DNA from: an uncultured bacterium
Lineage (GTDB): Bacteria; Fidelibacterota; Marinisomatia; Marinisomatales; UBA1611
NCBI GenBank assembly: GCA_965660855.1
Contig: CBFIBM010000009.1
Coordinates: forward strand, 15,588-79,587
Length of the DNA stretch: 64,000 bases
Direction: 5' to 3'
A model generated the notes under the pieces. It worked only from the letters and a program-made list of their open reading frames with translations, was not told the DNA's origin and did not search any database. The translations under genes and the position numbers were made by a program. Below, one piece after another: positions 40,487 to 51,540 of the stretch; the first letter of the stretch is position 1; each line of letters opens with the position of its first letter.

Positions 40487-41571
40487 TACTGTAGCCCTAA
40501 AAAACCATAATACTTATAAAGCTGTTTAGATACATTTTTTATATCATGATATTTTTCTACCCAAGCTTTACCTTTTTTCCCGTATTTGATTATCTTATCT
40601 TGATTTTGGACTAATTCATATAGTCTATTGTAAAGCGTTTCTGAATTTGCATTTATGAATGGATGATCTGGAATAAAATTATAATATTTTTTATTGATTT
40701 CAGTTACAGTACATATGCCCATAGATAAAGATTCAACTGAATTCATTCCATAGCCCCAACCTCCTCTGTCACCAACTTGGTCAATAAAAACATCTGCCTT
40801 TTTTTTTCTTTCTAAGGCAATTTTATGAGGAAGCCCTTCAACTAAGTCAAATTCTATTAATCCTAATTTCTCTAATTTTTTGCAATCCCTTATTATAGAT
40901 TTTGATCCTTTATAAAATTGATTTGTTGGCGCATGAACAACCTTTATCTTATCTTTTTTACTATAATTTGGCTTGAACAATTTTGTTTCATATGGTAAAA
41001 ACAAATAATTTATCTTGGGATGTTTTTCAAGAAGATCAACTTCATTCGTAAGGTTGAGACTAGAGACTTGATTTATAAAAGGCATAACACCTCTGCTTCT
41101 TAAATCCTCACCATGATAGTGACATATAATTTTTTTGTTCCTATTATACAATTCTTTAACAAAAAATTCATTTTTAAGAAAATCAACACCACTTTCAAAA
41201 TGATATATATCAAAATTGTATAGATCATAATTTTTAATTGCGCGTAAAATAATTGGTTTCCAAATAAAGTCTTTCAACTGTAAAAATAAATTATCTAAGG
41301 AACCTTCAGTTTCCCAAATTGGAGGGTAGCCTCTTTTCTCTTTAAAATATCCTTCAGAGCCTCGATATCTTTTATAAAAAAAATTTCTCATTTTTGACAT
41401 ATATGGTTTTGTGAAATTAAATGGAAGATTTAAACTAATATCTTCTTCAAAGTTTTTTGGAGAACGAAAAAATGTTAATGTTCTACACTCGTTACCATTT
41501 TCTATATGATTTTTTTTCCATAGCGTTAGAGTTCCAACAGTGTTTTCTGGTGATATATATAATATTTTCAA
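40486..41571 (-). CDS. GT-B fold glycosyltransferase
   Basis: YHGEDLR, HAPT...KGS, ADVFIDQ, YGMNSVESLSMG. Confidence 0.8.
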   Translation of the reverse strand: MKILYISPENTVGTLTLWKKNHIENGNECRTLTFFRSPKNFEEDISLNLPFNFTKPYMSKMRNFFYKRYRGSEGYFKEKRGYPPIWETEGSLDNLFLQLKDFIWKPIILRAIKNYDLYNFDIYHFESGVDFLKNEFFVKELYNRNKKIICHYHGEDLRSRGVMPFINQVSSLNLTNEVDLLEKHPKINYLFLPYETKLFKPNYSKKDKIKVVHAPTNQFYKGSKSIIRDCKKLEKLGLIEFDLVEGLPHKIALERKKKADVFIDQVGDRGGWGYGMNSVESLSMGICTVTEINKKYYNFIPDHPFINANSETLYNRLYELVQNQDKIIKYGKKGKAWVEKYHDIKNVSKQLYKYYGFLGLQ

Positions 41572-41573
41572 AA

Positions 41574-42668
41574 CTAATTAAAGAGAGAAGTATAAGAATC
41601 CTCTATCCTTTCCCAATTATATTTTGACATAATTAACTCAAGATTTTTATTTATTTTAGAATCAACATTTTCATCATCAATTGATGCCAAAATGCTTTTA
41701 GCTAAAGAAGCTGGATTTGATGGCTGAGACCAATAAATAGTATCCTTAACAAAATACTTAATCGGTCTTAAATCTGAAGATACAATAGCTAAGCCAGATG
41801 CCATCATCTCAAATAATTTAGTAGGTGTATTATTCTCTGTTAAGGGGGTTTTTCTGAAAGGGATCACCCCAATAGAACTATTTCTTAATATTTCCCATAT
41901 TTGATCATAAGGGATTTGATTTCTGATAATAATATTTTTTTTTAAAGTAGAACTAATTAATGAATTAACTTTAACTTTAAAAGTATTTGTTCTAAATGAA
42001 CCTATAATAACTAGTTTTGCTTCTGGATATTCTTCTACTACCTGCTCCATGGCTTGAATAAGGTCTAAAATCCCTCTTTCTGGAGCTAAATGTCCATGGT
42101 AAATAATTGAAATTGGTTTAATTTTATTTTGCAAATCTTCAAAGATATATTTCTTTTCAGGAAAATTTTCTGAAACTAATTTTTTGATTTTATGATTTGC
42201 ATACGGTTCTACTCCTAAACATGGATTTGCTAAAATTATAGTATCTACATATTTCAAATAATACTCTTCTTGTTTCTTCCTGAAAAAAATTGATATTTCT
42301 TTTACAAAAAAATTTCTTTCAGAAAAAGTTCTATACAAAGAATCCATATCTTCATGGATATCGTAAATTGTCTTAACAGAGGATTTAAACAATTTTGTGA
42401 ATTTAATTAAAGGGAGAAGGTTTGTCTCATGAATTTGAAGATAATTTGTTGATTTTTCTTCTATAATCAATTTTTTACACGCCTCTAAAAATCCAGGAAG
42501 AAGTAAATCAAAATTTTTATGTTTAATAAATTGATCGGTTAAATTAAGTTTACTTGATGACCTGGTAATATACAATATTTCTTTTTTTTTGAATGAAAGT
42601 GATTTGATTTGTCTATGGTATATTCTTTCATCATCAGGATAGTGACTGCTAGAAATTATAATTATCAT
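41574..42668 (-). CDS. Glycosyltransferase family 4
   Basis: DERIY, YDIHE, PTKLFEMMASG, YNWE. Confidence 0.88.
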   Translation of the reverse strand: MIIIISSSHYPDDERIYHRQIKSLSFKKKEILYITRSSSKLNLTDQFIKHKNFDLLLPGFLEACKKLIIEEKSTNYLQIHETNLLPLIKFTKLFKSSVKTIYDIHEDMDSLYRTFSERNFFVKEISIFFRKKQEEYYLKYVDTIILANPCLGVEPYANHKIKKLVSENFPEKKYIFEDLQNKIKPISIIYHGHLAPERGILDLIQAMEQVVEEYPEAKLVIIGSFRTNTFKVKVNSLISSTLKKNIIIRNQIPYDQIWEILRNSSIGVIPFRKTPLTENNTPTKLFEMMASGLAIVSSDLRPIKYFVKDTIYWSQPSNPASLAKSILASIDDENVDSKINKNLELIMSKYNWERIEDSYTSLFN

Positions 42669-42675
42669 TATTGGA

Positions 42676-44109
42676 TTATAATTTAATTAAAGAATTAAAT
42701 TGTTTTCTAAGTGCCTTCTGCTCTTTTATCTCCAGTGCAAAAAGATACCATATTGTTGGAAATATAATTGTGAGAAAAATTTTAAAGGTGATACTTTTAA
42801 CTCCTAAATATGCAATAAAAAGAAAAAAAACTGGAATGAGAATTGGCACCCAGTTGTAAGAAATAGGGTAAATAAACTGTAATTTAGTATAGATTGCCAA
42901 GCTCATTGAAAAGAAGGCTATTACTACGGAATAAGCAGCTCCAATAATTCCAAAAATTGGAATAAATATTAAACTTGATAAAATCAAAACAAAAGCACCT
43001 ATAGCTCTAAAAACTGGAATCCATTTAGTTTTTTCTTTAATATAAATTCCTGGAAGTTGAATAACATATGTTCCAAAGAAAAAATAACCAATTAAAATTA
43101 AGGTTACTATTGGTTCACACCCCCAAAACTCTTCTCCAATTAAAGTCGTGCCAAAAATCGGAATTCTTATAATTTCAGATATCCATAAACTCACCAAAAA
43201 ACAAATAAACCCAATTAATCCTAGGAATATTGTCGTAATAGTTTTGAATTCATCTCTAGCATTATCAGTTTTACCTCTTTTCAAAAAGTAAGGCGTCCAC
43301 CCCATATTAAACCCCATAACTGCCGTGAGTCCAAGCATTCCCATTTTTTTACCAGCTGAGTAAAGACCAACTTCGGACGTACCTAATAGCCATTCTATAA
43401 TATATCTATCCGATAATTCCATTATCATAGTAAAAATTCCAGCTGGGAGAAACGGAATTGAAAAATTAAGTATTTTAAAAAAAATTTTTCTATCAAATAA
43501 TTTGAATCGTGTTATTCTAATAACAATTGGGATGGATAAGAGCGAAACTAGTCCAGATGCAAATATATTTGCTTTAAAAACTCCTTCAACCCCATTGCCA
43601 TTGTAAACAACGAAGTAAATATTCAAAACCATAGTGACAGTTACATTTATTAAACTAAAAAATATAAAAGGGATAGCTTTTTCTTCTGATCTAAGAATCA
43701 ACATTGGAAGGTTCCAAAAAGAATCTAAAAATAATATAATTATTACAAAAGTCATCCAATCTGGACGATCAACACCAAGGACATAAATTGCGGTTGACTC
43801 TCTTGATAAATATAAAATTAAGCTAAAAGTTATACTTGTAATTATTTGAGTAATTATAATAACAGAAGTATGTTCTTTTTTTTCTTTTCCATCTTTTTGG
43901 ACTGAAAATTTCATTAAGGCGGTGTCCATTCCATACCTGTATAATATTATTGCAAAACCCATAAATGCATATGCAAGAGAAATTGCTCCATAGGCTTCTT
44001 TTGTGAATGTATGAGTATATAAGGGAAGTAATAAAAAAGTAATTAATCTTGCTAAAACATGACCAAGCCCATAAATAAGGGTTTGTTTTCCTAGGTTTTT
44101 AATTGCCAT
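42676..44109 (-). CDS. wzx: Oligosaccharide flippase (Wzx/MOP family)
   Basis: Many TM helices; FLLLPLYT, DRYII...VGLYS, GIIGAA. Confidence 0.88.
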   Translation of the reverse strand: MAIKNLGKQTLIYGLGHVLARLITFLLLPLYTHTFTKEAYGAISLAYAFMGFAIILYRYGMDTALMKFSVQKDGKEKKEHTSVIIITQIITSITFSLILYLSRESTAIYVLGVDRPDWMTFVIIILFLDSFWNLPMLILRSEEKAIPFIFFSLINVTVTMVLNIYFVVYNGNGVEGVFKANIFASGLVSLLSIPIVIRITRFKLFDRKIFFKILNFSIPFLPAGIFTMIMELSDRYIIEWLLGTSEVGLYSAGKKMGMLGLTAVMGFNMGWTPYFLKRGKTDNARDEFKTITTIFLGLIGFICFLVSLWISEIIRIPIFGTTLIGEEFWGCEPIVTLILIGYFFFGTYVIQLPGIYIKEKTKWIPVFRAIGAFVLILSSLIFIPIFGIIGAAYSVVIAFFSMSLAIYTKLQFIYPISYNWVPILIPVFFLFIAYLGVKSITFKIFLTIIFPTIWYLFALEIKEQKALRKQFNSLIKL

Positions 44110-44114
44110 AAAAT

Positions 44115-45080
44115 TTATAAAGTTATTTCGAACGTATCTCTGAAAATCCCGCTTGATCCAAAATTTTCTTTAAATCTTCCAAGACCCATATTCGGATTTC
44201 CATTCACTGTAAAGATACCAAAATCATATATTTTAAATTTTGACTGTATTGCCCATTCGAACATTTGATAAAATAATAAATTTAGGGGTCTAATATCACT
44301 ATAGCTCTCGTCATGAGTTATGTAAAAAGCTAGTACAACTTGTTTATTAACAATGAAATTAAGTACCCCTGCAACCATTTTTTCTTTATAAAAAGAACTA
44401 AATAATCTTATCTTTTTAGGAAATATCTTATTGAGTCTTTTTAATTCATTTAAGGTGTGGGTTGGGATTACTCCATGTCTAGTTTTTAAATTTTTTTCTA
44501 AAATAGAATAAAAGCTTTCAAAATCATTGCTCTCAACACAAAGGAGGCCTTTACTTTCTCCTTTTTTAATTGCCCTTTTATGGGATGGTCTAAATTTTTC
44601 TAAATTTTTATCAATATTACTTTCTAAATGTAGAATACTTGTAACCTCTCTTTTTATATAGGAAAACCCATTCTTTAAATAAGAAAATTCTATATAATTA
44701 GATAGTCTATATTGATACAAGTTCGGAGGAGTTGTAACCTGAATAGTATCAAAACTATTTTCGTTACAATATTTTTTTAAAGCTTTAACTAAATTCAAAG
44801 CATCTGATATTGAAAGATCCTCAGGGATGACAAATGAACCCAAGGTTGCACCTGGATGTGAAATAATATATAACTTTTTATTAATTGTTTTTTGAGCAGC
44901 AGGAAAAACTGAAAATAATTTATTCTTCTTATAAAATAACAAACTATGATCTTTAAATCTTGATTTTGGGTGATAACTTAAAAAAGATCTTAAGTGAAAA
45001 ATTGTTCCATTATTTTTTTTTGGAACAAAAGAGTCCCATTCTTTTTTATTTTCACTATTATATCGTAGAACTTCAAACAT
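44115..45080 (-). CDS. GNAT/FemAB-like acyltransferase associated with the polysaccharide cluster
   Basis: WDSFV...NGTIFH...FLSYH, SHPG, YDFGI, GLGRFKENFG. Confidence 0.8.
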   Translation of the reverse strand: MFEVLRYNSENKKEWDSFVPKKNNGTIFHLRSFLSYHPKSRFKDHSLLFYKKNKLFSVFPAAQKTINKKLYIISHPGATLGSFVIPEDLSISDALNLVKALKKYCNENSFDTIQVTTPPNLYQYRLSNYIEFSYLKNGFSYIKREVTSILHLESNIDKNLEKFRPSHKRAIKKGESKGLLCVESNDFESFYSILEKNLKTRHGVIPTHTLNELKRLNKIFPKKIRLFSSFYKEKMVAGVLNFIVNKQVVLAFYITHDESYSDIRPLNLLFYQMFEWAIQSKFKIYDFGIFTVNGNPNMGLGRFKENFGSSGIFRDTFEITL

Positions 45081-45180
45081 TTTACTAATTTCCTTCTAAA
45101 TAATTAATGTTCATTCAAAGTTTATAAACTAAGTTAAAACTATTAATAAGTATTTTCATTGAAATCTAATTTATATCTAA

Positions 45181-46487
<1,307 letters not shown>

Positions 46488-46488
<1 letters not shown>

Positions 46489-46808
46489 TGAAATTAAAGA
46501 GAAAATCTAAACCTAATAACCAACTTCAAAAAAAACTTATTCAAGGACTTTTAATTTTAATAAGTCTTGGTTTAGTTATGATTTTTATTTTTGGAGATCA
46601 TGGACTCTTACAATTATATAAATTAGAGCAAGAAAAGAAAAATATAAAAAATTATATTTCTACTTTACGTGAATTAAGAGAAGATAGATATACAGAAAAA
46701 AATAAATTGGAGAACGATAAAGAATATCTTGAAAAATTAGCTAGAGAAAAGTATCTGATGTCTAAACCTGGAGAGAAAGTTTTTAAAATTTTACCAAAAA
46801 ACGAGTAG
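46488..46808 (+). CDS. ftsB: Septum formation initiator FtsB/DivIC
   Basis: TM helix, FGDHGL, coiled coil, EKLAREKY..KPGE; classic position after eno. Confidence 0.9.
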
Positions 46809-46835
46809 CTAAATTATATTTTCCAATTTTTCAAC

Positions 46836-47540
46836 CTAATTTGTTATGAAAGCATCTAAATAAACCTCAACGCGACGATTCTCTGCACGAGCCTCAAGTT
46901 TTTCCTTATAACTTAACGTTGATTCAACCTCAACAATAGGTCTGAATTCACCGTAACCCATTGCTGAGAAGTATTTTTCAGGCATTGATGCATTCTTGTT
47001 CATTATTTTAACTAAATTAAGTGACCTTGCTGATGATAATTCCCAATTACTTGGATATATAGAATTTTTAGGTAATTTTGCATCATCTGTATGACCTTCG
47101 CACCTAACCTCTACATTTAAGTTTAAACCTTTTTTATCAATTGTTGTTAATAGGGATTTATATTCTTGCCTGTTTTGAATATTTATAAGATCAGACTTTT
47201 TTATAATTTTTCCCATTTTATCAATAACTGAATAATATTTTGCATCTATTTCTGATGATGCAGATTTAAATAAATTTCCTTTTAAAGTTATCTTGATACC
47301 TTTTGTTTCTCTCTCAACAAGAATTTCTTCAGACTTTAAGTCTTTTATCATTTCTTGATAAGTTTGATCTAATAATTTATCGATTATAACATTTATACTT
47401 TTTTCAGCATCATTTAACATTACTAATAGTAATACAAAGAAGGTTAAAAGTAATGTAACAACGTCTGCAAATGTTAACGCCCAGGCAGTCGCTTTTGCTT
47501 GCCTCTCATCAATACTTATTTCTTTTTTTTTATAACTCAC
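46836..47540 (-). CDS. motB: MotB/PomB-like stator subunit with OmpA-like peptidoglycan-binding domain
   Basis: WALTFADVVTLLLTFFVLL with the essential Asp; EGHTD, NWELSSARS, GYGEFRP, NRRVE. Confidence 0.9.
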   Translation of the reverse strand: MSYKKKEISIDERQAKATAWALTFADVVTLLLTFFVLLLVMLNDAEKSINVIIDKLLDQTYQEMIKDLKSEEILVERETKGIKITLKGNLFKSASSEIDAKYYSVIDKMGKIIKKSDLINIQNRQEYKSLLTTIDKKGLNLNVEVRCEGHTDDAKLPKNSIYPSNWELSSARSLNLVKIMNKNASMPEKYFSAMGYGEFRPIVEVESTLSYKEKLEARAENRRVEVYLDAFITN

Positions 47541-47559
47541 AAAATCAATAAAGAATTAT

Positions 47560-48387
47560 TTAAGAGTCGACATACCTAAATTGCGATGGTATAAAAGTCA
47601 TTAATTTTTCTTTTATTAAAATAGGATGCTCTCTTGCATGAATACTTATGATTCCTTCAACTACAATGCTTTTTAACATCATTTCATTTTCTGAGAGTCT
47701 TTTGAGCTTTCCACCAATTGGTAGAAAGATCATATTTGCAAAAAAAACACCATAAAAAGTAGTTATCAGTGCTAGTCCCATTCCTGACAAAAGTTCAGCA
47801 AATCTTTCTGCAACATCATAAGAAGCATCCATATTCCCCTCTCCAGATGTAAAATTATTCATCATCACAATCAAGCCAAGTACCGTTCCCAGCATACCAA
47901 AAGCTGGAGCATATGAAGCCATGTATAAAAATAATTCTTGCCCTGCAATATGCCTACTAGAAATATTATTTAGTTCTAGGTTAAGAAAAGTTCTTAAGCG
48001 TAACGATTCTCTTTCATTTATAGCTAACTCAATACCGTTTTTGAAAAAACCATCTCTCATTTGAGGTAAGTCAGCTTCGAGGCTTAATAAACCATCTTTT
48101 TTTGCTTTTTGGGCTTTTTGTACTATTTCTTCAATTACTAAATTGTAATCATCGTTATCTGCTTTAAATACATTTTTTACAATTTTAGGAAGATTCTTCA
48201 ATGCTTTTAAAGGAAGATTTACCATAGTAGCAGCAAAAGTACCCCCGATAACAATTAAAATCGAATTAAGATTAAAAAACCAATATATGCTTCCGCCACT
48301 TTGTATTATACCTATAAAAATAATTGCAATGCCTGCAAAAAGTCCAATAAAAGTTCCAAAATCTGTACCTTTTTTAGCTGCTTTCAT
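47560..48387 (-). CDS. motA: MotA/PomA-like stator subunit
   Basis: IVIGGT, KKDGLLSLE, APAFGMLGTVLGL, LITTFYG, ANMIFLP. Confidence 0.92.
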   Translation of the reverse strand: MKAAKKGTDFGTFIGLFAGIAIIFIGIIQSGGSIYWFFNLNSILIVIGGTFAATMVNLPLKALKNLPKIVKNVFKADNDDYNLVIEEIVQKAQKAKKDGLLSLEADLPQMRDGFFKNGIELAINERESLRLRTFLNLELNNISSRHIAGQELFLYMASYAPAFGMLGTVLGLIVMMNNFTSGEGNMDASYDVAERFAELLSGMGLALITTFYGVFFANMIFLPIGGKLKRLSENEMMLKSIVVEGIISIHAREHPILIKEKLMTFIPSQFRYVDS

Positions 48388-48396
48388 TACTTGCCT

Positions 48397-49224
48397 TTAA
48401 TCCTTTCTTTTATTTTTAGAGAGTGATTGACTACCTTTATAAAGGCGATGTTGTTCATTTTTTGACAAGCTGCTAAAGCCTTCTCTATTAATCTTATCAA
48501 GAATGGAATCAACATCCCGTTTTATATCATTTTCTTTAATTTTAAGCTCACTTTCTTTTTTGATTTTATATTCAATAGTTTTTTTCCTAATTGAAAATAA
48601 AAAACTCCTTAAATGAATCGGTTTTTTCAGAGCAATGTACCCAATTATCATTCCAGAAATATGAGTAATATGACTAACCTGTGAAATGTTATTAAATGAT
48701 GAAAAAAACGCAATTACCCCTATACCAAGAACAAACCAACGTGATTTTATTGGAAGAATTCCATAGAGATAGATTGTCCTGTTTGGATATGTAAAACCAT
48801 AAGCAAGTAAAACCCCATATACCGCTCCACTAGCACCCACAATAGGAATCATTGAATTTAAACCAAAAATCATAGACACAATACCTGATCCAATTCCTGT
48901 AGTAAAGTAAAATTTATAAAATCTATTTTTCCCCCATACTCGTTCTAACTCACTTCCAAACATCCATAAAACAAACATGTTTATTAAAACATGCCATATA
49001 CCTCCATGTAAAAAAAGATAGGTAAATGGTTGCCAGATCATAAAATTTGACCAAACTAATTTTGGAACTAAGCCAAATAGAGGAAAAAAAAGATTTTCAG
49101 CTTGCGATAATGTTTGGAGAATAAATATACCAAAGTTTATTGATACTAATACTTTAATAGCATCAGGAAACAATGATGGCCTAGTTGAAAAGTTACCGGG
49201 GTTTGATTGGAATTGATATCTCAT
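48397..49224 (-). CDS. Rhomboid intramembrane serine protease with C-terminal DUF6576-like tail
   Basis: WQPFTYLFLH, HVLINM, GASG, THISG; tail VDSILDKINREG. Confidence 0.93.
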   Translation of the reverse strand: MRYQFQSNPGNFSTRPSLFPDAIKVLVSINFGIFILQTLSQAENLFFPLFGLVPKLVWSNFMIWQPFTYLFLHGGIWHVLINMFVLWMFGSELERVWGKNRFYKFYFTTGIGSGIVSMIFGLNSMIPIVGASGAVYGVLLAYGFTYPNRTIYLYGILPIKSRWFVLGIGVIAFFSSFNNISQVSHITHISGMIIGYIALKKPIHLRSFLFSIRKKTIEYKIKKESELKIKENDIKRDVDSILDKINREGFSSLSKNEQHRLYKGSQSLSKNKRKD

Positions 49225-49265
49225 TTAGTAGTGTAATATACATAATCATAAAACATAGAAATAGC

Positions 49266-49955
49266 CTATGTAGACAAAATTTTCTTTGTAGTAACCATTG
49301 ATTTTATTTTTTCCATTCCTTCACAATGATAACATAGTAAACTCCATAAATAGTCACTAATCACATGTCTATCTTTAGGCGTTACAATATCTTTTGGTAA
49401 TTGCGAAATATCACCTGCTAGTAAGGTTGCTAATATCGAACCACTATTCGGCCCCTCATTTGGGTTAGAAATTGATAATCCAGGTAATCTTATTTTTTCT
49501 AAATTTGGCTGAAAGCCAAGGTTTTTTAATAGGGCACATTCATAGAACCAGAATAATAAGTTTGGATCTGTATTCTCTTTGTTAAAAAACCTTAACACAT
49601 CTTTTAAATTATTAAATAATACCGGAAAGGGTTCATCCAACGAAAGTGCTTTTTCTGTTATATCTAAGATTGTCATTGATAAAGTCACTGATCTTAAGTC
49701 TTTTAAAATATTTGACCAAAATTCTATAAAATTTACTTTTGAAACCGTTTGCAGTTCATTTTTTGATTTATGATTGTAAATAATATCAATATAACTTAAT
49801 GGTTGAAAATGGGAAAACTTCGAAGATTTTTTACTTCTGGCTCCCCTAACTATAAAACTTACTTTACCCTTTTCTTTTGTAAAGCACTTAGAGATAATTG
49901 AAGTTTCTCCATAAGGAAACGATTTTAAGACAATAGCAGGCGTATGAACCGTCAT
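49266..49955 (-). CDS. recO: DNA repair protein RecO
   Basis: N-terminal OB fold (IVLKSFPYGETS..., GKVSFIVRGAR), LGFQP; no Cys4 zinc finger. Confidence 0.9.
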   Translation of the reverse strand: MTVHTPAIVLKSFPYGETSIISKCFTKEKGKVSFIVRGARSKKSSKFSHFQPLSYIDIIYNHKSKNELQTVSKVNFIEFWSNILKDLRSVTLSMTILDITEKALSLDEPFPVLFNNLKDVLRFFNKENTDPNLLFWFYECALLKNLGFQPNLEKIRLPGLSISNPNEGPNSGSILATLLAGDISQLPKDIVTPKDRHVISDYLWSLLCYHCEGMEKIKSMVTTKKILST

Positions 49956-49966
49956 TAAAGTTATGA

Positions 49967-51433
49967 TTAATAAGCTTTTGCAAAAATTACTTCATGCTTA
50001 GCAATGGTACCTGTATATATGCATTTCAAATCTTCTGCGTTTTCATCTAATGGAATACACCTTATTGTAGCTTTTGTTTCTTCTTTTATTTTTGTTTCAG
50101 TTTTAGGATCTCCATCCCAACCGCATCTGACAAACCCACCAGTTTTTATAATTTTTTTAAATTCGTCAAAATTGTTAATATGGTGAGTGTTTTCATTCAT
50201 AAATTTATTTGCTTGAGAAAATAAATTTTTTTGAATATCATGTAATAAATTTGAAATATTTCCAACCACATCTTTTTTTGATAAAAACTCTTTTTTACCC
50301 GTATCCCTTCTTGCAATAACAATATTATGATTTTCAACGTCTCTTATACCAACTTCAATTCTCAATGGTACGCCTTTCATTTCCCATTTATTAAATTTAA
50401 AACCTGGAGTATTATCTGTCCAATCCTCTTTAACTCTGATCTTTTGTTCTTTTAAGTTTTTAATTATATCTTGAATGTAGGTTTTGATTATTTTTTCTTG
50501 CTCTTGGCTTTTAAAAATTGGTATCACAACAACTTGAATTGGAGCGACCTTAGGGGGTAGCCTTAGTCCTTTATCATCACCATGAGTCAAAATAATTGCA
50601 CCTACTAGCCTTGTGCTTACTCCCCAGCTTGTTGCCCATACTAATTCTTCACGATTATCTTTTGTCTGAAATTTCACATCAAAAGCTTTTGCAAAATTTT
50701 GGCCTAAATCATGTGAAGTCCCTGCCTGTAAAGCTTTTTTATCACCCATCATTGCCTCAATACAATAAGTCTTTTCTGCACCTGCAAATTTTTCTGCTTC
50801 TGTTTTAATTCCTGTAATAACTGGCATCGCAAGATATTCTTCTGCTAATTTCTTATATAAAAATAAAATATCTAATGTTTCTTTTTCAGCTTCCTCTTTA
50901 GTTTCATGGGCAGTATGTCCTTCTTGCCATAAAAACTCTGATGTCCTTAAAAAAAGCCTTGTGCGCATTTCCCATCTGACAACATTCGCCCACTGATTAA
51001 TTAGTATGGGTAAGTCTCTATAAGATTGAATCCATTTTTTATACATAGACCAAATGACAGTTTCTGACGTAGGTCTAACTATTAGCTCTTCCTCAAGCTT
51101 CGAATCCGGATCAACAATTACACCTTTTTCTTCATTCGACTTTAATCTGGTATGAGTAACAATGGCACATTCTTTTGCAAAACCCTCAATATGCTCTGCC
51201 TCACGAGATAAAAAAGATTTTGGTATAAATAAAGGGAAATATGCATTTACATGTCCTGTTTCTTTAATCATTTTATCAAATGATTCTTTAATATTTTCCC
51301 AAAGCTCAAAACCGTAGGGTTTTATAACCATTGTACCCTTAACCGGACCATAATCAGCTAAATCTGCTTTATTTACTACTTGAGTATACCAATGAGAAAA
51401 ACCATCCTCCCGCCTAGGCAAGCCTTTATTCAT
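49967..51433 (-). CDS. proS: Proline-tRNA ligase, archaeal/eukaryote-type
   Basis: RPTSET, RWEMRTRLFLRTSEFLWQEGHT, TSWGVSTR, C-terminal AKAY; no INS editing domain. Confidence 0.98.
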   Translation of the reverse strand: MNKGLPRREDGFSHWYTQVVNKADLADYGPVKGTMVIKPYGFELWENIKESFDKMIKETGHVNAYFPLFIPKSFLSREAEHIEGFAKECAIVTHTRLKSNEEKGVIVDPDSKLEEELIVRPTSETVIWSMYKKWIQSYRDLPILINQWANVVRWEMRTRLFLRTSEFLWQEGHTAHETKEEAEKETLDILFLYKKLAEEYLAMPVITGIKTEAEKFAGAEKTYCIEAMMGDKKALQAGTSHDLGQNFAKAFDVKFQTKDNREELVWATSWGVSTRLVGAIILTHGDDKGLRLPPKVAPIQVVVIPIFKSQEQEKIIKTYIQDIIKNLKEQKIRVKEDWTDNTPGFKFNKWEMKGVPLRIEVGIRDVENHNIVIARRDTGKKEFLSKKDVVGNISNLLHDIQKNLFSQANKFMNENTHHINNFDEFKKIIKTGGFVRCGWDGDPKTETKIKEETKATIRCIPLDENAEDLKCIYTGTIAKHEVIFAKAY

Positions 51434-51540
51434 AATTATAAATTCCTTTACTCATTTGTGATTAAAATTACTGGTCTTATCTAATTACACCAAGACAGAT
51501 TTATTTAGAAAGTTAAACAATTAACATATTAGTTTATGAA

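Noticed and set aside
46836..48387. Zorya ZorAB anti-phage motor
   Set aside because: The A subunit is 275 aa with flagellar MotA motifs and no long ZorA tail; no zorC, zorD or zorE nearby; housekeeping context.
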